Source: Lachnospiraceae bacterium UBA2860 (GTDB lineage Bacteria > Bacillota > Clostridia > Lachnospirales > Lachnospiraceae). Taken from it: a stretch of 64,000 bases of DNA. Shown here piece after piece: positions 61,389 through 64,000 of this stretch (its first letter is position 1; each line of letters opens with the position of its first letter). The notes beneath the pieces were generated by a model. That model worked only from the letters and a program-made list of their open reading frames with translations, was not told where the DNA came from and ran no database searches. Made by a program: the position numbers and the translations under genes. The stretch is from contig DEFE01000028.1 of assembly GCA_002350625.1 (NCBI GenBank), forward strand, positions 18,561 to 82,560, read 5' to 3'.

Positions 61389-62804
61389 TCAGCGCCTGTA
61401 TCCGCCGCGCCGATAGTATTCTTCCTTATCGGCGTACATGGCGGCGTCAGCCTCAGAGAGGGCTGTCCGGATCCTTGCGCCATTGTCAAACAGGCTGTAT
61501 CCGACAGAGAAGCTGACATTTTCGAACATGCCGGATTTCTTCCGGACCTCTTCAATCTTCCGGAGTACATCGGCCTCGTCTGTCGGGCTGAGCAGAATCA
61601 GGAACTCGTCGCCGCCGGCCCGGTAGATTTCCGCACCGTTAAAGGTACTCTGCAGGATGACGGCCGCGTTCTTTAAAAGAAGGTCTCCGGCCAGATGGCC
61701 CTGATGATCGTTGACGCGCTTGAGGCCGTTCAGATCCGCAAATACGATGCCCATCCTGCCGGGCAGTTCCTCTGCGGCCGCGCTCAGTGTGGCGATCCGT
61801 TCATTCATGGCGTTCCGGTTCATGACGCCGGTCAGCATGTCCATCTTTCCCATTAAGCGGAGCTGCTCGATAAAGCGGTGGTTCGCGATCTCGGACGCGA
61901 TGAAAAAGGTCGTGAGCTCCAGCGTGTCCTTGATGCGCAGGGTGTCCTCCTCACGGAAGTTTGTCGCCCAGATATATCCCAGAAGCTGTCCGCGGGAATG
62001 CAGCGGATAGAGCACCAGTCTCTGCACGTGCGTATCTGTCAGGGACGCATGCCACTTCGGGTTGCGCTGTCTTACGTATTCCAGATCCTCCGTGTCGCGG
62101 ATGGTGAGGCAAAAGCTTCCGCCGATGGTTTCCTGCCACGACTCCGCCAGATCATAGAACCCCTCATCCATGTAATCCTCGGACCATCCCAGTTCGGAAT
62201 CGGGCGATTTTGCTTCTCCCAGAACGGAGCACATCCGCCTGCTCCCGTCCATGAGAAGAACACAGCAGTATTCGGCGCCGCAGATCTCCCGGATGTCCGT
62301 CACCACCTCCTGCATGATCTCCTGGAAAGGCTTGTCTCCCTGCAGCTTGATGCAGGTGCTGATGACGTCGCGGGCTATCTCCATCGAAATATTCATGGTC
62401 ATCAGATTGTCGTCATCCTTCTGAAGAAGAACCTGAGAGAAGGTACAGTAGCCGAGATTCTCGTCATCGCTCTCAAGCGGCAGCATAAAGACATTGATAT
62501 CAAAGGAATACCGCTCCGCCCGGACGCAGTTGTGAATCGGCTGCTTGAGCACCGCGCACCTGTAGCAGACATCCTCGAAGTTCAGATCCTTCGGGATGTA
62601 GCGGGTATATTCGCTGTTTGGGATAAACTCCGTTTTCTTATCGCTGTCCAGATCGACGCCTCCGGCGGCCAGCGCCAGAGAGTCCATATATCCCTTATTT
62701 CCCGTAACGATGCGGATCGCTCCGTATCCGCCGCCCGGTTTTTTCTCTACTGACAGCACGCAGGAGATCGGTCCTATCGTATCAATAAATCTTTTCCAGT
62801 CCAT
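61389..62804 (-). CDS. Cytoplasmic diguanylate cyclase (N-terminal unknown domain, GAF-like domain, GGDEF)
   Basis: AGGDEF active site, LTGVMNRNAM block, and a central GAF-like segment (EYCCVLLMDG...LLGYIWATNF). No TM segments. Confidence 0.85.
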   Translation of the reverse strand: MDWKRFIDTIGPISCVLSVEKKPGGGYGAIRIVTGNKGYMDSLALAAGGVDLDSDKKTEFIPNSEYTRYIPKDLNFEDVCYRCAVLKQPIHNCVRAERYSFDINVFMLPLESDDENLGYCTFSQVLLQKDDDNLMTMNISMEIARDVISTCIKLQGDKPFQEIMQEVVTDIREICGAEYCCVLLMDGSRRMCSVLGEAKSPDSELGWSEDYMDEGFYDLAESWQETIGGSFCLTIRDTEDLEYVRQRNPKWHASLTDTHVQRLVLYPLHSRGQLLGYIWATNFREEDTLRIKDTLELTTFFIASEIANHRFIEQLRLMGKMDMLTGVMNRNAMNERIATLSAAAEELPGRMGIVFADLNGLKRVNDHQGHLAGDLLLKNAAVILQSTFNGAEIYRAGGDEFLILLSPTDEADVLRKIEEVRKKSGMFENVSFSVGYSLFDNGARIRTALSEADAAMYADKEEYYRRGGYRR

Positions 62805-62882
62805 ACGAATACCTCAATGCCTTCAAAAACGGCAGCTTATATCCGTATTATACTGCATCGGCTTATTCCTGCATATTAAATA

Positions 62883-62907
62883 TGACAAGGGGTCTGACCC
62901 CTTGTCA
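62883..62907. repeat. Palindromic element, perfect copy (TGACAAGGGGTC-T-GACCCCTTGTCA), plus a half-copy at 62918-62928
   Basis: Read directly. 12-bp arms. It shares the flanks ATA...TAA with the copy at 61346-61376. Confidence 0.8.
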
Positions 62908-62923
62908 TAATCCGGCACCTTGT

Positions 62924-62951
62924 CATAAAAAACAGCACCCCTCAGGGTGCC
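62924..62951 (-). terminator. Rho-independent terminator for the small-ORF transcript
   Basis: The minus strand reads GCACCC-TGAG-GGGTGC followed by TGTTTTTTAT. Confidence 0.6.
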
Positions 62952-63062
62952 GCTGATTAATGGTATTTCTCAAAGAGCATCGTCATCGCCTTGCTGTCCG
63001 GGCTGTGCTGTGCTTCGATGAGTTCCCAGAAAAACGGTTCGCTGAACCACTTAATGATTTTT

Positions 63063-63188
63063 TCATGATAATTCCTCCCTTATCTCTTCAATCAGGTCGC
63101 CGCAGTATATATAAGAAGCACCACTGGCGATCATGTTTGAAAGGCCCATGAGCAATAATGCTTTTTTGATATAGTTCATTGTTTTCAT
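63063..63188 (-). CDS. 41-aa peptide with AgrD-like organisation (MKTMNYIKKALLLMGLSNMIASGASYIYCGDLIEEIREELS)
   Basis: Strong RBS AAGGAGG with an 8-nt spacer before the ATG at 63188. Amphipathic/hydrophobic N-terminus, a single Cys followed by 4 residues, then an acidic tail. Confidence 0.4.
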   Translation of the reverse strand: MKTMNYIKKALLLMGLSNMIASGASYIYCGDLIEEIREELS

Positions 63189-63385
63189 TTTTCTTACCTC
63201 CTTGAAACAATGCCTATTATATTGGGTCTCAAGAGATGATATAAGGACTTTCATTGTCTGATATTAGGACAATATTGACATTGTACAGGGTGCCGTGGTT
63301 CTTCCTTTGACAAGTCATTTCCCACAACGTATATTTTATATATAGGAAAATAAACGATGCGAAAGTGCCGGAAAGAGTAGATATC

Positions 63386-64000
63386 ATGATAAAAGCGCAG
63401 GCAGATCATCCCGATCGTTCGAACCGTCCGAATAAGCAGGTAAAGTTTTGGCAGGCAGGGATCCTCTGGATCGTTCTTTCGTTCTGCTGTTTTTTGATTC
63501 TCATCTTTTTATCCTCGCAGATCTGGCGTGACCGGACGCAGGCGCGCACGCGGGACGAGTGCACCATGCTGGCAGATGCTGTCCTGAAGCAGAGTGTGAT
63601 CGAGCGCCGGAGCATCTGGAAGAATAATCTTTTTCACAAGAACTATTATCTCTCCATCAATGCGCTGGCCGGGTGGGCGGCTGCCTACGGCGGAACAGAT
63701 GAAGAAGAGTACGACATGATCTTTCAGTCTCTCGAGCATGTTCCGGACGGCACGGCCATCCTTAAAGACGGGAAGTATACGGTTCTTTCCGGTGAATTTC
63801 CGAGGGAGGAGTTTGACAGAGCGCTTGAAAACAGGAAAGCGGATCTGACGAGGTTTGCGGCCGAGCCGCCGGCCAGCACGTCTGTCCTTCTGTTTGACGG
63901 AGGCACCGCCTATCTCTCTTCAGAGTTCCCGGGAGCCGAAACGCTTGTCATCAGCAGGATTGCCGGGGACGAGGCGTTCGCGGAAGAGATACAGCCGGTA
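63386..64000 (+). CDS. Membrane-anchored protein of unknown function. N-terminal 205 codons only; runs off the window.
   Basis: ATG at 63386 (GGAAAGAG upstream). No stop before the window end. One TM segment (GILWIVLSFCCFLILIFLSS) followed by a soluble domain. Not in the ORF track because it is open-ended. Confidence 0.55.
   Translation, partial: MIKAQADHPDRSNRPNKQVKFWQAGILWIVLSFCCFLILIFLSSQIWRDRTQARTRDECTMLADAVLKQSVIERRSIWKNNLFHKNYYLSINALAGWAAAYGGTDEEEYDMIFQSLEHVPDGTAILKDGKYTVLSGEFPREEFDRALENRKADLTRFAAEPPASTSVLLFDGGTAYLSSEFPGAETLVISRIAGDEAFAEEIQPV

Noticed and set aside
1-64000. Mobile genetic element (prophage, ICE, transposon) in the window
   Set aside because: No integrase, transposase, recombinase, relaxase or phage structural ORF is present in any frame. 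The only mobility hints are two truncated genes, AT-rich patches and the small palindromic repeats.

Overview
64-kb chromosomal segment, high GC by eye (roughly 55-60%), with a few short AT-rich intergenic islands. Gene content and AGGAGG-type ribosome-binding sites look like Bacillota/Clostridia, probably a gut anaerobe. I call about 55 protein-coding genes and found no rRNA, tRNA, CRISPR array, transposase or integrase.

Layout, left to right:
1. 1-982: a DgpB/DgpC-like C-glycoside deglycosidase pair, cut by the window edge.
2. 1104-4732: an orphan condensation-domain protein with a degenerate adenylation domain, translationally coupled to a GT-C-like membrane protein.
3. 4842-5162: a 3' remnant of a xanthine/uracil permease.
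4. 5311-7569: an MMPL/RND-type transporter.
5. 7774-18914: a YesMN-type two-component system and sugar ABC locus. Its operon continues from a GH31 glycosidase into a class-V PLP enzyme, a 128-aa unknown and a FucI/AraA-like isomerase homologue.
6. 20120-33950: a LacI-controlled L-fucose locus (AKR, Zn-ADH, VOC, unknown, RbsACB-type ABC transporter, fucI, fucU, fucA, RhaB-like kinase).
7. 34029-36990: a GGDEF / XRE-HTH::receiver / LytS-type kinase operon.
8. 37171-44638: CorA, a 968-aa MscS-family channel, a 5'-truncated ABC1/UbiB kinase remnant and an NlpC/P60 hydrolase.
9. 45935-49872: a two-gene PTS with all five phosphorelay domains, fused as EIICB-HPr and EI-EIIA(Glc).
10. 49976-59621: IMPase, threonine dehydratase, several secreted Big_2/FN3-like proteins, a CinA-domain protein and an exported MTA/SAH nucleosidase.
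11. 60507-63188: an AT-rich accessory stretch with a PIN/DinJ toxin-antitoxin pair, a GAF-GGDEF cyclase, a repeated palindromic element and an AgrD-like 41-codon ORF.

Non-genic features worth a second look are three tandem-repeat arrays (17 or 22-23 bp units), each anchored in the terminal codons of a minus-strand gene.

All functional calls rest on motif recognition by eye. No database search was run.
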